A DNA stretch of 59,530 nt from a virus. Lineage: Duplodnaviria > Caudoviricetes. The notes under the pieces were generated by a model. The model was not told the DNA's origin. It saw only the letters and a list, made by a program, of their open reading frames with translations, and searched no databases. This document shows positions 9,933-20,259 of the stretch, piece by piece. Location: IMG/VR virus record IMGVR_UViG_3300030110_001912, positions 1-59,530 of that record, one strand, 5' to 3'. How positions within the stretch are numbered: position 1 is the stretch's first letter; every line of letters begins with the position of its first letter. Both the position numbers and the translations under genes were made by a program.

Positions 9933-10563
9933 GCCAGTTAGTGCTGTCTTAACTGGTATAGCATTAGTTAAGAGTGCAACCTCATTTATTAAGGAAAATT
10001 TAAATACAGTTAACGATATATCTGGTATTGCAAAACAGATAGATCAGATGTTTGAAGGTCAACAACAAATAAATAAAGAACGTAGTAAAGTAGCTAACAG
10101 CACAGCTAATGAATTAGGTTTATCAAATGTTGCAGATAGCATAATATCAGCAAGACTCGCTGCTGAACAGCTGCAGGAAGTTAAAAATATGATAAATTTA
10201 CGCTTTGGTCCAACGACCTGGGATAGCATTCTCATGGAAAGAAAGAGAAGAATAGATGCAAGAAAAAAAGCAATTCAAAAAGCTAAAGCAGATAAATTAA
10301 GAAAACAACAAGAAATGCTTGAAATAATAAGAATAGTTTCAATAGGAATAGTTATAATGTTATTTGTAATTGTGGTAATTGGTGTGATGGTTAAATTTGT
10401 ATTTGCACATACAGTATTAGAACGAGATAACCACTCCTGCCAAATTTTTGAACCACGATATTTTTTAATATGTCTCAGTGAAGGAAAAGAAAGAGCTACT
10501 ATAGAGTTTGAATTAGACCAGAAAAAAAATAAAGGTAACTGGATTGTCGATGACGATGAATAA
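9925..10563 (+). CDS. Hypothetical membrane protein
   Basis: ATG 9925 overlaps the upstream stop; coiled coil plus long TM segment. Confidence 0.65.
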   Translation: MVEPVSAVLTGIALVKSATSFIKENLNTVNDISGIAKQIDQMFEGQQQINKERSKVANSTANELGLSNVADSIISARLAAEQLQEVKNMINLRFGPTTWDSILMERKRRIDARKKAIQKAKADKLRKQQEMLEIIRIVSIGIVIMLFVIVVIGVMVKFVFAHTVLERDNHSCQIFEPRYFLICLSEGKERATIEFELDQKKNKGNWIVDDDE

Positions 10564-10593
10564 TAGTATACTATAATTTTAACCAAGGAGAAA

Positions 10594-10884
10594 ATGATGA
10601 GAAAAAGTAAAGGCATGAAAAGAATGGCTAAAGGTGGTATGAAGATGATGAAAGCTAAAGGTGGTAAATTTACTACTGCAAAAGGCGGATCTAAACCAAT
10701 GAAAGCTATGGGTGGTAGAATGGCATCTAAAGGCGGATCTAAAATGATGGGAGCTATGAAAGGCAAAATGGCTTCTAAAGGATATGCTAAAGGAGGTATG
10801 AGAAAAATGAAAGGTGGCGGTATGAATATTGTAAACCTTCGAGCTGAAGCTAAGAAAAAAGGAATGAAGTTAGTTAAAATTTAA
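10594..10884 (+). CDS. Small K/M/G-rich basic repeat protein (AKGG repeats)
   Basis: AAGGAG RBS; about 8 xKGG-type repeats; DNA repeat AAAGGCGGATCTAAA twice. Confidence 0.75.
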   Translation: MMRKSKGMKRMAKGGMKMMKAKGGKFTTAKGGSKPMKAMGGRMASKGGSKMMGAMKGKMASKGYAKGGMRKMKGGGMNIVNLRAEAKKKGMKLVKI

Positions 10885-10922
10885 AATACTTGATTTCTAA
10901 TTAAATTACATTATCATGAGGT

Positions 10923-11615
10923 ATGGCATATTTGACCGCAAACATACCTTATTTTAAGTGTTGGGTAAGAAAAGAGTTTACACACAATCATAGAAAGTAT
11001 CATGGCGAGTATTTACATGCACTTGCCATTGCGGTGACGGCTATTTCAGATAGATCTTTATCTTTTCAAGTAGTATTTACTGGTTGTGAAGATGAAGACA
11101 ATAGAACAGATAGCCCACATGGAGGAGCTATGTGGGCACGCATGCCGATACAAGCATTAGTAGCAGATGAACTACTAGATGACTTTCCTCCACGCATACC
11201 GAACCATTTTGTACAACCTTGGGATTGTCCTAGTAGGGATTTTTCAATTATTAAATATGATAGAACAAGCAGTTCGCCTTGGATTACAAAAATAGATGGT
11301 GGTTTTTATAATGCCAAATACTATTTTACAATTGATTATAGTAACGGTGAAGATATGAACGCACTAGGTGACGATGTGGCACAACACAAACAGTCTCATA
11401 TTTTAGCTATCACTAGTGGTGAATTCAAAGGTCAGATAGTAGCTCAACCAAACAATCGAGTTAGAGTTACAAATCCAGCATTGTGGGTAACTGGATCTGG
11501 AGCTCCAGATTTTTTACCAAGTCAATATGAGTTTAGTGCTGAAGAAGATGAGAGTTATATGGATGCAGAATATACGTTTGATAATTTATACGCAAAAAAA
11601 AAGGAGACTAAGTAG
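10923..11615 (+). CDS. Conserved-looking hypothetical protein
   Basis: 230-aa ORF with typical codon use, rich in W/H/P; followed by a terminator. Confidence 0.7.
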   Translation: MAYLTANIPYFKCWVRKEFTHNHRKYHGEYLHALAIAVTAISDRSLSFQVVFTGCEDEDNRTDSPHGGAMWARMPIQALVADELLDDFPPRIPNHFVQPWDCPSRDFSIIKYDRTSSSPWITKIDGGFYNAKYYFTIDYSNGEDMNALGDDVAQHKQSHILAITSGEFKGQIVAQPNNRVRVTNPALWVTGSGAPDFLPSQYEFSAEEDESYMDAEYTFDNLYAKKKETK

Positions 11616-11625
11616 TCTCCCTTTT
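11594..11625. terminator. Bidirectional intrinsic terminator
   Basis: A-run, GGAGACT-aagt-AGTCTCC, T-run between convergent gene blocks. Confidence 0.8.
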
Positions 11626-11647
11626 ATTTGTTTATCTAAATGGTTTG

Positions 11648-11806
11648 CTATGTTCTCTTAGCATCATGAACTTTGTCCAACAAAGACTCCAAAGGAGTTC
11701 CTTTTATCTTAGGACTAGTCAATATATCTATAGGCACTTTTAAATGTAATTTTAAAACTTTCAACTCATCATGAGTCAATTCTAATTTTATTTTACTCAT
11801 TGTCAT
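11648..11806 (-). CDS. Small hypothetical (putative early) protein
   Basis: TAATG coupling at 11806 with GGGAG RBS. Confidence 0.55.
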   Translation of the reverse strand: MTMSKIKLELTHDELKVLKLHLKVPIDILTSPKIKGTPLESLLDKVHDAKRT

Positions 11807-12018
11807 TATGCATTCTCCCTTTCTTTTGTAATCAACCAATCTATCACTTCTTCGTTAATAATTTTATTAGGTGAATTTTCCATTCTCATGTTATCCAAGA
11901 AATCAAAAAATTCATCATCTCCTAAACCATCGGATAGTAAGTTATGTGCTTCACAATTACGAATAGGTTTAGTCAATATTTTTTTCAACCTATCTTTGTC
12001 TATGTGCCATGTTCCCAT
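11806..12018 (-). CDS. Small hypothetical (putative early) protein
   Basis: TAATG coupling, GGGAG RBS. Confidence 0.6.
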   Translation of the reverse strand: MGTWHIDKDRLKKILTKPIRNCEAHNLLSDGLGDDEFFDFLDNMRMENSPNKIINEEVIDWLITKERENA

Positions 12019-12278
12019 TATACATTCTCCCTTTCACCTAATAATTTAGTAATCTTTATGCCTAGTGCTTCAGAATTATCACCCCATTTAATAATAGCAT
12101 TTTTATGTACATGATAACCTAAATTAGCTTTCTTAAAAATTTCTAATGCCTCAACAACTTTTGTACTAGCTACATTTAAAGTGTGTTTTTTATAGAAAGC
12201 TATTTGACTTTCTAAAGTTTCAAAACCTAAATACTCTCTATTTCTTTTTAAAACTCCCATTGCTCCTTTTAATTTCAT
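12018..12278 (-). CDS. Small hypothetical (putative early) protein
   Basis: ATG 12278 after the AACAAAGGA leader and a sigma70-like promoter. Confidence 0.65.
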   Translation of the reverse strand: MKLKGAMGVLKRNREYLGFETLESQIAFYKKHTLNVASTKVVEALEIFKKANLGYHVHKNAIIKWGDNSEALGIKITKLLGERENV

Positions 12279-12304
12279 TTTTTTTTCCTTTGTTTTATAT
12301 AATA

Positions 12305-12333
12305 AATATAGCACATTAAGATGTGATAAGCAA
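12305..12333 (-). promoter_or_regulatory. Sigma70-like promoter
   Basis: TTGCTT-N17-TATATT with TGn extended -10. Confidence 0.6.
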
Positions 12334-12404
12334 ATACACACCTATAACACGCAGAAAACTAGGCTTTTGTAAAAGCTACATTATGCACGAATGACGAATC
12401 GATT

Positions 12405-13820
12405 CTATTCTAAGAAAGCTAATACTTCTTCATTCAAAGTTTGAGCAGATATTTGTATTTTATTCTTTAATGCTTTCAGTATAAATTCATCAATAGTTTT
12501 AATTGCTACTAAATCTATGTAAGTAACTTTATCCGCAGTTTGACCTTTGCGATGGTTTCTAGCTTCTGCTTGTAGTCTCTCTTCTAAGTTGTAAGAGTTG
12601 TTAAAAAATATTTGTATACTACTAGCATTTAAAGTTAATCCATATCCGCCTACACTAGGATTGCTAACTAAATATTTGCAGTCTTTATCTTCATTAAATT
12701 TTTTTACCACACTAGGTCTGTCTTTTGTATCTCCATACAATGTTACAACAATATCTTTTTTATTTTTTTTATCATATTTCTTAGCTATCTCTTTTGCTAT
12801 TAATTCTATGGAGTATCGAAAGGTAGACCATATAATAACTTTACCATCTATCTCATCTAGTATGTTTAGTAGCTCTCTTAACTTGGCATTATCTAGTTCA
12901 ACCAACTTGCCATCGTCACTATACACGAACCCAGAGCAAACTTGTTGTAGCTTAGAGATTTCTGTAAGCTTGTTTGTAATCGATGCTTGTTTATCTTGTA
13001 TTATTACTCTTGCTTGTTCTTTTAAAATTTCATATGTGTTGCGTTGTTGATTAGATAAAAATATATTTCTTCTCTGCCATACTTGTGGTGGTAAATCTAA
13101 ACAATCTTTTTTTAAACATCGATAGGTAAAAGATTGCATCTTTTGTTCTAACTCATCTAGGTTTATAAATTTAAAAGGTATCTCTATCTTTCGATTACCA
13201 GATACTGATATTCTATTCATTAAACTATATCTTGCTTGAAAAGAATAATACGATTTAAAACCTAATAGCTCTTCATCTAAAAATCCTATCTGACTCCATA
13301 AATCCAAAGGTGATTTAGTTATTGGTGTTCCAGTAAGTATTCTTTTGTATCTACATCCTTTAGAAAGTTTAGATAAGTTTTTAGTTCTCTTTGCGGTTCT
13401 ATTTTTTATAGTAGTGCTTTCATCAACTACTATCATAGTTTTCAATCCGTAAAACTTTATTAATTCGTATGCAGTCTCATATCCAGACTTATGACTAAAT
13501 GCCTCTACATTCATTAAATACCATGTTAGACAGTCTGGTCTAGGTGCAAAAGTTTTATGGATCTTATGCATGAAAATATAATTTTTAGAACTAGCATGTT
13601 TATCTATCTCTTCTTCCCAATTTGTATAAACACTATTAGGAGCAATCACAAACACAGTATCAATATTATTGGTGTCATATAAGTATACCGCATTGTCGAT
13701 AATAACTTTCGTCTTGCCAGTTCCTTGCTCCATGAACAAACCAAAAACTCGTTGTGTTGCTCCTTTTTTTAAAGCATCTCTTTGATGCTCCATAGGTTGT
13801 GTTTTATAATTATGTGACAT
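12405..13820 (-). CDS. SNF2-family (SF2) helicase
   Basis: MEQGTGKT, VDES, LTGTP, GGYGLTL, QAEARNHRKGQ. Confidence 0.93.
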   Translation of the reverse strand: MSHNYKTQPMEHQRDALKKGATQRVFGLFMEQGTGKTKVIIDNAVYLYDTNNIDTVFVIAPNSVYTNWEEEIDKHASSKNYIFMHKIHKTFAPRPDCLTWYLMNVEAFSHKSGYETAYELIKFYGLKTMIVVDESTTIKNRTAKRTKNLSKLSKGCRYKRILTGTPITKSPLDLWSQIGFLDEELLGFKSYYSFQARYSLMNRISVSGNRKIEIPFKFINLDELEQKMQSFTYRCLKKDCLDLPPQVWQRRNIFLSNQQRNTYEILKEQARVIIQDKQASITNKLTEISKLQQVCSGFVYSDDGKLVELDNAKLRELLNILDEIDGKVIIWSTFRYSIELIAKEIAKKYDKKNKKDIVVTLYGDTKDRPSVVKKFNEDKDCKYLVSNPSVGGYGLTLNASSIQIFFNNSYNLEERLQAEARNHRKGQTADKVTYIDLVAIKTIDEFILKALKNKIQISAQTLNEEVLAFLE

Positions 13821-14011
13821 TAATATTTATTTAGTCTATCTATTTTATTTTTAAGATTTTTATATTTTTCTTTCCAAAAATTCTTTTCCCATTTTTCTTT
13901 TGCTATGTCATCTTCTAATTGCTTTACAAAAAAAGTATTTTTGTTATCCATTCTATTTTTTGCTCTATTTATTGCTTCAAGATATTCTGATTGTTTTATT
14001 GCTTTTATCAT
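13820..14011 (-). CDS. Small coiled-coil hypothetical protein
   Basis: AAAGGAG RBS; TAATG coupling to the helicase. Confidence 0.6.
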   Translation of the reverse strand: MIKAIKQSEYLEAINRAKNRMDNKNTFFVKQLEDDIAKEKWEKNFWKEKYKNLKNKIDRLNKY

Positions 14012-14034
14012 TATATTCTCCTTTCGGAAGTGGC

Positions 14035-14964
14035 TTATGCCACTTCCTTTTTTGTTACTGTTTGTAAACTGTCTAAGTGGTCGATTGCTTGAGTAGCCTT
14101 AGTTATTGCTTTCATAACTTGTTCTGGCTTTTTATCAAGTTGTTCAATCCAACCATTTAGATATTGAGCATGGTCACTTCTTACTGTTGGTGATATACCT
14201 AACAAAGTGCTTAATATTGCTGAACCAGTTTCTGCAACTAACTCTTCCATTGCATAAGCATCAGATCCAAAACCACCAGAAAAATCTCTTTTTAATCTTT
14301 TATCACTACCTGTCCAATGAACTAATTCATGAAGTAATGTACCATAGTAAGATTCAGTATCATGAAAATCTTCAACCTTTGGCATTTTAATAAAGTCACC
14401 ACTTGGAGAAAAGAAAGCTCTACCACCGCCAAATTTAATATTAGCTTTTGTTTTAGAAACATAGTTTTCTACATCTTTTAATACAGTAACCTTAGATACT
14501 TTTTTCTCTTCAGTTTTTTTCACGATAGGATAATCTTGAATCTGGCTAGCATTAAAAACTGGATATGGTTGAAAGTACCAAATTTTTTTCTTAACATCTT
14601 TTAATTCTCCACTATCAGTGATAACGCCAAAATCTCTATCTACTACTTCTATAGGAGCATTAAAAAAAACATGATGTGCAGTTTCATGTTTCTTAACATA
14701 ATATCCTTTTTTCTTCCATGCATTAGCAGTTCCCCAAAGATTACTTTCATAACCATTGTCTTCAGCTTCCATTGCTAAATTAATAATGTTAAAGCCATGA
14801 TAAGATTTACCATCTGATATTTTTTTTGGTAAATCAAATCTTGCAATATTAGAAGTCCAACCTTTTTTCCAGTTAGTGCCTTCTGTTTTCATAAGGTGCT
14901 TTAATTTTTTAGCTACCCTATCAATGATTTCTTTTTTAGTTCTTTTTGCTTTATATTTTTTCAT
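14035..14964 (-). CDS. ardC: ArdC-like antirestriction protein (ssDNA-binding domain plus zincin metallopeptidase)
   Basis: W.K.W..., YHGFN..., VFNASQI, GGRAFFSP..D.I.MP, HELVHWTG..RL.R, YAMEELVAE. Confidence 0.9.
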   Translation of the reverse strand: MKKYKAKRTKKEIIDRVAKKLKHLMKTEGTNWKKGWTSNIARFDLPKKISDGKSYHGFNIINLAMEAEDNGYESNLWGTANAWKKKGYYVKKHETAHHVFFNAPIEVVDRDFGVITDSGELKDVKKKIWYFQPYPVFNASQIQDYPIVKKTEEKKVSKVTVLKDVENYVSKTKANIKFGGGRAFFSPSGDFIKMPKVEDFHDTESYYGTLLHELVHWTGSDKRLKRDFSGGFGSDAYAMEELVAETGSAILSTLLGISPTVRSDHAQYLNGWIEQLDKKPEQVMKAITKATQAIDHLDSLQTVTKKEVA

Positions 14965-15009
14965 CGTTTTTTCCTTTGTTTTATTGTGAGGAAAATGCCT
15001 CACGAATCA

Positions 15010-15038
15010 TTTATAGCAAATATATAATATAATGTCAA
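15010..15038 (-). promoter_or_regulatory. Sigma70-like promoter for the ardC/helicase operon
   Basis: TTGACA-N17-TATAAA. Confidence 0.75.
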
Positions 15039-15099
15039 ATCATATCTCAAATACATAAGCTACAATAATGGTAGGTTTAGCACCTACATATTTTTTTAT

Positions 15100-15128
15100 T
15101 TGACTTAACCTGATTTATTTTGTACAAC
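15100..15128 (+). promoter_or_regulatory. Sigma70-like promoter for the replication operon (divergent)
   Basis: TTGACT-N17-TACAAC, then AAAGGAG RBS. Confidence 0.6.
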
Positions 15129-15151
15129 AAAAAACATGAAAGGAGTTATTT

Positions 15152-15700
15152 ATGAATTTAGAAGAAGAAGCAAAGAAGATTTCAGAGCTTAGTACAGACA
15201 GTATTTCAGACATTGCTACTCAATGTGATTCATTGATATTACTACAAGATAAAATAAAAAAGACTGAAGAATCATTAAAAGATTTGAAAGAACAAGAAAG
15301 AAAATTATCTGAGGAAGTAATACCTAATTTATTACATGAAAGTGGAGTGACTGAAATTAAGACCACTGATGGTACTACAGTTCAAGTGAAACCTTTTATC
15401 AAAGCATCTATTACAAAAGCAAATCAAGAAAGAGCTTTTACATGGTTACGAGATAATGGGTTTGAAGATATTATCAAAAATCAATTATCTGTAAACTTTA
15501 ATCGTAGCGAAGACAATCAAGCTAACGATATTTTCGAAGATTTAAAATCTAAAGGTTTTGCAGTTAATCGAGACGAAAAGGTTAATACAAACACTTTAAC
15601 TGCCATGATGAAAGATTTAATCTTAGTTAAAAATGAATCAGTTCCAATGGATGTATTTTCAATTTATCAATCAAACAAAACTAAAATAATAAGGAGTTAA
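15152..15700 (+). CDS. Conserved phage replication-module protein of unknown function
   Basis: Coiled-coil N-terminus; AFTWLRDNGFEDIIK motif; first gene of the operon. Confidence 0.7.
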   Translation: MNLEEEAKKISELSTDSISDIATQCDSLILLQDKIKKTEESLKDLKEQERKLSEEVIPNLLHESGVTEIKTTDGTTVQVKPFIKASITKANQERAFTWLRDNGFEDIIKNQLSVNFNRSEDNQANDIFEDLKSKGFAVNRDEKVNTNTLTAMMKDLILVKNESVPMDVFSIYQSNKTKIIRS

Positions 15701-15701
15701 C

Positions 15702-16541
15702 ATGCAAAAAGAAATAGTAACCAAGAAACAAAATTTACCAACCAAAATAAATTTAGAGGAGTTTGCCGACCAAGGCACAGAGGACATTACTGCCAAAGAC
15801 CAAAAACTTCCTATCTTAAAAATACTATATGCTAATAGTCCAGTGTTGGATGAAAGCGATGGTAAGTTTATAGACAAGGCTAGACAAGGTGACATTTACA
15901 ACGAGGTAACTGGCTCATTGTATAAAGGTAAAGATGGGATTTATGTTGTACCTTGTTACTACAAAAATTCTTATAATGAATGGGCAGATAGAGGAGACTC
16001 ACCTGGTAGACCCATAGCAATCCACACAGATCCAAATGTGATGAGCAGAACACAACGAGGAGACGATGGTAAAGACAGAATTATGACAGGTGAAGGTCAA
16101 GGTAATTACATTGAAGATTCTGGTAATCACTTTGCATACATACTTAATGACAAATTTGAACCAATAGAATCTGTTCTCATTGTTATGAAATCTACACAAA
16201 AGAAAAAATCTAAAGTGTGGAATAGTATGATGAAATCAAGAATGGGTAATGGATCAAAAGGTAGATTTGTTATGCCAAGTTGGGCGACTATATATAAACT
16301 ATCCACGACCAAAGAATCTAATTCACAAAACTCTTGGTATGGATGGGTTATCGATTATGTAGAAACTTTAGATGTAGCTAAAAACAATGATACATTACAA
16401 GCTACTAAAGAATTTTATGAAGCAGCTAGACAATCTGATATATTTGGAAAGGTGGACTTTGAGTCTGAAAATGTTGATAAAACAGTAGAAGAAAAAACTA
16501 CTAAAAAACAACAAACTAATTCAGACGATACTCCTTTCTAA
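15702..16541 (+). CDS. Putative single-stranded DNA-binding protein
   Basis: Acidic tail ending DDTPF; located before primase and helicase. Confidence 0.6.
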   Translation: MQKEIVTKKQNLPTKINLEEFADQGTEDITAKDQKLPILKILYANSPVLDESDGKFIDKARQGDIYNEVTGSLYKGKDGIYVVPCYYKNSYNEWADRGDSPGRPIAIHTDPNVMSRTQRGDDGKDRIMTGEGQGNYIEDSGNHFAYILNDKFEPIESVLIVMKSTQKKKSKVWNSMMKSRMGNGSKGRFVMPSWATIYKLSTTKESNSQNSWYGWVIDYVETLDVAKNNDTLQATKEFYEAARQSDIFGKVDFESENVDKTVEEKTTKKQQTNSDDTPF

Positions 16542-18109
16542 TGCACGAGGAATTGTCGGAGTTATTTAAAGGTAGCTCTGACTCTTTTATCAAGTCTACC
16601 ACAGATGGTAGGCTTGATGAGAGAGGTAAGAAAGTAACAACTTATACTACTATAAATAAGTCCATAACCAAAAGAGATTGGAAGGCTCACTTAGACGGAA
16701 AAGTTCGTGTAGGTGTTCGACCAGAAAAAGATGGTAAGTGTCGATGGGGATGTATAGATATAGATCCTAGCTCTTATAAAAATTATTCACAAAAAAAATA
16801 TGTGGATATTATAAGAGATTTTAAATTACCGCTAGTGCCAGTCAAATCAAAGTCTGGTGGTTTGCATATATTTGTTTTTTTAAATGAATGGGTAGACGCA
16901 AGCAAAGTAGCAGATAAATTATCAGTTATAAACAATAAATACTTTTTAGCTCAAGAAATATTTCCATGCAACAAAGCGTTAAATATGCCTTATCAAAATA
17001 TGAATAGTAGTATGGAATTTGCTTATAACGATAACAACAATCCAGTATTAATACAAAAATTTATTGAGATAGCAAAACAAAAAACATTAGCACCAGAAGA
17101 TTTTTTTAAATTGCAGATAAAAGAGTATGAACCAGAAAATTCATGGAAACATTTTCCACCATGTGTGCAAAAATTAATACAAGAGCAATGGACTGGCAAT
17201 AATCGAAACAATTATTTATTTAATGTATTAGTGTTGGAGATGAAAAAAAATAATGCTAATACTGTGCAAGCTTTAGAAGAGATAGGACAAAGTAGAAACA
17301 CACAAATATTTCATAATCCGCTACCAAGAAACGAGGTGACACAATTAACAAAGAGTGTACACAAGAGTAGTTACGATTATCAGTGTCCGCCAAAGCATCC
17401 AGAATATGCACCAATATGTAATAAAGAGTTATGTAAACAAAGAAGGTTAGGAATAGGTGAAGCTACACCAGAGGTGATAGAAGATTTTTCTAACATAACT
17501 TTTATACGAGATACAAAAACTATTTACTATGAGTTCAGTTATCAAGGACAACAAATAACAATACAACCAGAAGATATGAAGGATGAAAAAACTTTTCGTA
17601 CTAGATTACTACGATACAGAATTTTTTGGATGACATTACCTAAAAGTAAAAAAGGTCCTTCTCCTTTTGAATTATTAATGAAGGGTATAGTAGAGAGATC
17701 CGTAGAAGACTCACAACATAAGTTTGAAGATACAGTAGAAGAAGAAAAATATAACACATTAAAAAAGTTTTTTGAAAGTCACATTGAACAAGATAATTAT
17801 GAGAGATTAAAAGATGGTTATGTTGTATTAGATACAAACACCAACACTTGTTATTTTAAAAAAATAACCTTAGATAAATTTATTAAGAAAAATGCTGCAC
17901 GAATATTTAACACTACTACAGATGCTTTGCGTTTGTTAGGATGTAGAAGAAAAGATTATCACGAAGGAGAAAAAAATATATGGCATGTAACATTACCAGA
18001 ATTTATTAGTCACGAAATTATTAAACAAAAACCAAAAGAGAAAGTAACAGAATTAGACGAAGAGTATCATGACAAGTTTAGGACTACAGAAACAAAAAGA
18101 GATACATAA
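16541..18109 (+). CDS. AEP-superfamily primase with PriCT-like region
   Basis: WGCIDID, SKSGGLH, FPPC..GNNRNN, Cys cluster. Confidence 0.8.
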   Translation: MHEELSELFKGSSDSFIKSTTDGRLDERGKKVTTYTTINKSITKRDWKAHLDGKVRVGVRPEKDGKCRWGCIDIDPSSYKNYSQKKYVDIIRDFKLPLVPVKSKSGGLHIFVFLNEWVDASKVADKLSVINNKYFLAQEIFPCNKALNMPYQNMNSSMEFAYNDNNNPVLIQKFIEIAKQKTLAPEDFFKLQIKEYEPENSWKHFPPCVQKLIQEQWTGNNRNNYLFNVLVLEMKKNNANTVQALEEIGQSRNTQIFHNPLPRNEVTQLTKSVHKSSYDYQCPPKHPEYAPICNKELCKQRRLGIGEATPEVIEDFSNITFIRDTKTIYYEFSYQGQQITIQPEDMKDEKTFRTRLLRYRIFWMTLPKSKKGPSPFELLMKGIVERSVEDSQHKFEDTVEEEKYNTLKKFFESHIEQDNYERLKDGYVVLDTNTNTCYFKKITLDKFIKKNAARIFNTTTDALRLLGCRRKDYHEGEKNIWHVTLPEFISHEIIKQKPKEKVTELDEEYHDKFRTTETKRDT

Positions 18110-19679
18110 AAAAACTATAAAGATTTTTGGACCACCAGGTACTGGAAAGACTTATACTTTAATTGAACGTATCTTAAAAAGATATTTAGCAAAGGGTGTA
18201 CATCCTAATGATATTGCTTACATAAGTTTTACAAACAAAGCGGTCAATGAAGCAGTAGATAGAGCTATTAATACTTTTCCTAATTTTAGTATAAAAGATT
18301 TTGAACGATTTAAAACACTACATAAATATTGTCGTAGATATTTTGAAGAAGAAATATTTGACCCAAAAAACTGTATGATAGATTTTGCATTACAAAGTAA
18401 AATTATTAAAACATCAGATAATCGTTTAGCTGACGATGGCTTTATATATAAAGATTGGTCACTAGGAGTATATGACAAAGCACGAAACACGATGCAAGAT
18501 CCAGTGTTAACGTATAAAAAAGAAACATATAAAAAAGATTCTTTAGAAATATATTTAAGAAAAATATCAACCTATCAACATTACAAAAAAGAAAGCTTCA
18601 TTGATTTTACTGACATGATAGAACGAGCTATCGATGAAGTAGATTTTCCAAAACTTAAATTATTAATATTAGATGAAGCTCAAGACTTTACTCCACTACA
18701 GTGGTCATTGATTTATAAAATGGTAGATAATATAGACCGCATTTATATAGCTGGTGATGATGACCAATCTATTTATTCTTGGAGTGGAGCAGACTCAAAA
18801 TACTTTACGCACTATTTTTCTGGTAGAAAAGTTGTGCTACGACAAACAAAAAGATTTGGACAAGCTATTTATGATTTTTCACAAATTATCCGTAGAGGGA
18901 TTATCGATAGTCTAGATAAAGAATATTATCCGTCTGATAAAGATAGTTATGTAAAACGATATTTAAATTTTAGAGAGATACCATTACATTTAGAAGGAAC
19001 TTGGTACATCTTAGGTAGAGTTAATTCTACAGTAAATGAATTACGCATGATGGCTAAAGATGCTGGCTTGTATTTTGCGGATAATCGAGGTAATAAATCT
19101 TTTGATCAAAAGCAATGGGATGCGATTAAGAGTTGGACTAAAATTGCTAATGGTAAAAGCATCACGAAACACGAAGCAGAAAACATGATGAAATATATTC
19201 GTGAGATAAAAGACAGTTCTTTTCGTTCTGTAAAATTTTGGATTAGTTTATCAGATACCCAAGAGTATGACTTTGATGGATTAATTGATTGGTGTGGTTT
19301 AAACTTAAATGACGATAGTGCTACTAAACCTTGGTACGAAATATTAAAAAGAAATTTTCATCCACCACAAGTTACATACTTTGTAAGACTGTTACAACGA
19401 TATGGTCAGAAAACTTTAGATAAAGAACCACAAATAATTATTGATACTATTCATTCTGTCAAAGGTGGACAAAGTGAAAATGTATTAGTATATAGTCGCA
19501 CTAATTGGATAGCTTCTTTTCAAAACAAAACACCTTTTGAAAAAAGCGAAGAACGAAAAGTTTTTTATGTTGCAGTAACAAGAGCTAAAAAAAGATTACA
19601 CATACTAAGCACTGACCATAAATATAATTATCCGATTGGAGAAAACTATCTTACCTATTTAAGGGAGAAAAAAAAATGA
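18069..19679 (+). CDS. UvrD/Rep-like SF1 helicase
   Basis: GPPGTGKT, DEAQD, GDDDQSIY, TIHSVKG, YVAVTRAK. Confidence 0.93.
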   Translation: MTSLGLQKQKEIHKKTIKIFGPPGTGKTYTLIERILKRYLAKGVHPNDIAYISFTNKAVNEAVDRAINTFPNFSIKDFERFKTLHKYCRRYFEEEIFDPKNCMIDFALQSKIIKTSDNRLADDGFIYKDWSLGVYDKARNTMQDPVLTYKKETYKKDSLEIYLRKISTYQHYKKESFIDFTDMIERAIDEVDFPKLKLLILDEAQDFTPLQWSLIYKMVDNIDRIYIAGDDDQSIYSWSGADSKYFTHYFSGRKVVLRQTKRFGQAIYDFSQIIRRGIIDSLDKEYYPSDKDSYVKRYLNFREIPLHLEGTWYILGRVNSTVNELRMMAKDAGLYFADNRGNKSFDQKQWDAIKSWTKIANGKSITKHEAENMMKYIREIKDSSFRSVKFWISLSDTQEYDFDGLIDWCGLNLNDDSATKPWYEILKRNFHPPQVTYFVRLLQRYGQKTLDKEPQIIIDTIHSVKGGQSENVLVYSRTNWIASFQNKTPFEKSEERKVFYVAVTRAKKRLHILSTDHKYNYPIGENYLTYLREKKK

Positions 19680-19834
19680 AGTGTTACAACTGTGGAACAG
19701 AATTAATATGGGGTGGAGACCATGATTGTGAAGATGATGAGGAGCATGAGATAATGACAAATTTATCTTGTCCAAATTGTGATGCTTTTCATTTAGTGTA
19801 CTGGGGTAAAAAAGAAGATGAAAAAAAAAAATAA
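19676..19834 (+). CDS. Small zinc-ribbon protein (not in ORF track)
   Basis: MKCYNC...SCPNC, 52 aa, GGGAG RBS, ATGA overlap. Confidence 0.7.
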   Translation: MKCYNCGTELIWGGDHDCEDDEEHEIMTNLSCPNCDAFHLVYWGKKEDEKKK

Positions 19835-19997
19835 AAAGTATGTAGTGTACGCACAAAAGATTATTTATTACAAAAGAATATCTATAGGTAGAAGTGAAGC
19901 AGAAGTAAGAAGTAAAATGGAAAGGTTAAAAACAAAAGACACTTATGATATAATAGATACAGAGTTTTTTATAAGTGAAATTTTACAGGAGGAGTGA
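19818..19997 (+). CDS. Small hypothetical protein (not in ORF track)
   Basis: 59-aa ORF filling the operon gap. Confidence 0.5.
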   Translation: MKKKNKKYVVYAQKIIYYKRISIGRSEAEVRSKMERLKTKDTYDIIDTEFFISEILQEE

Positions 19998-20070
19998 ATG
20001 AACATATGGAAATTTTAATAGCTTATACAATTATTAGCACCATTATTGGTTTACAAAACGCAGGATTTTT

Positions 20071-20259
20071 TTGATGGGTAAATTTGAAATTAATTTAAAG
20101 ATGAAGTTTAATACAAGACCTACTAAATTTGAAGTTGAATGTAAATTATTTGAATTGCTTAAAAATGGTTTTACGTTAAAATCAATGGAAGAGAGTGATG
20201 AATACATAACACAAAAACGCATCAAGGAGAAAAAAAATGAGTGTGTGGGAAAAAGGTAG
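20071..20259 (+). CDS. Small hypothetical protein
   Basis: ORF in operon; likely ATG at 20074. Confidence 0.55.
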   Translation: MMGKFEINLKMKFNTRPTKFEVECKLFELLKNGFTLKSMEESDEYITQKRIKEKKNECVGKR

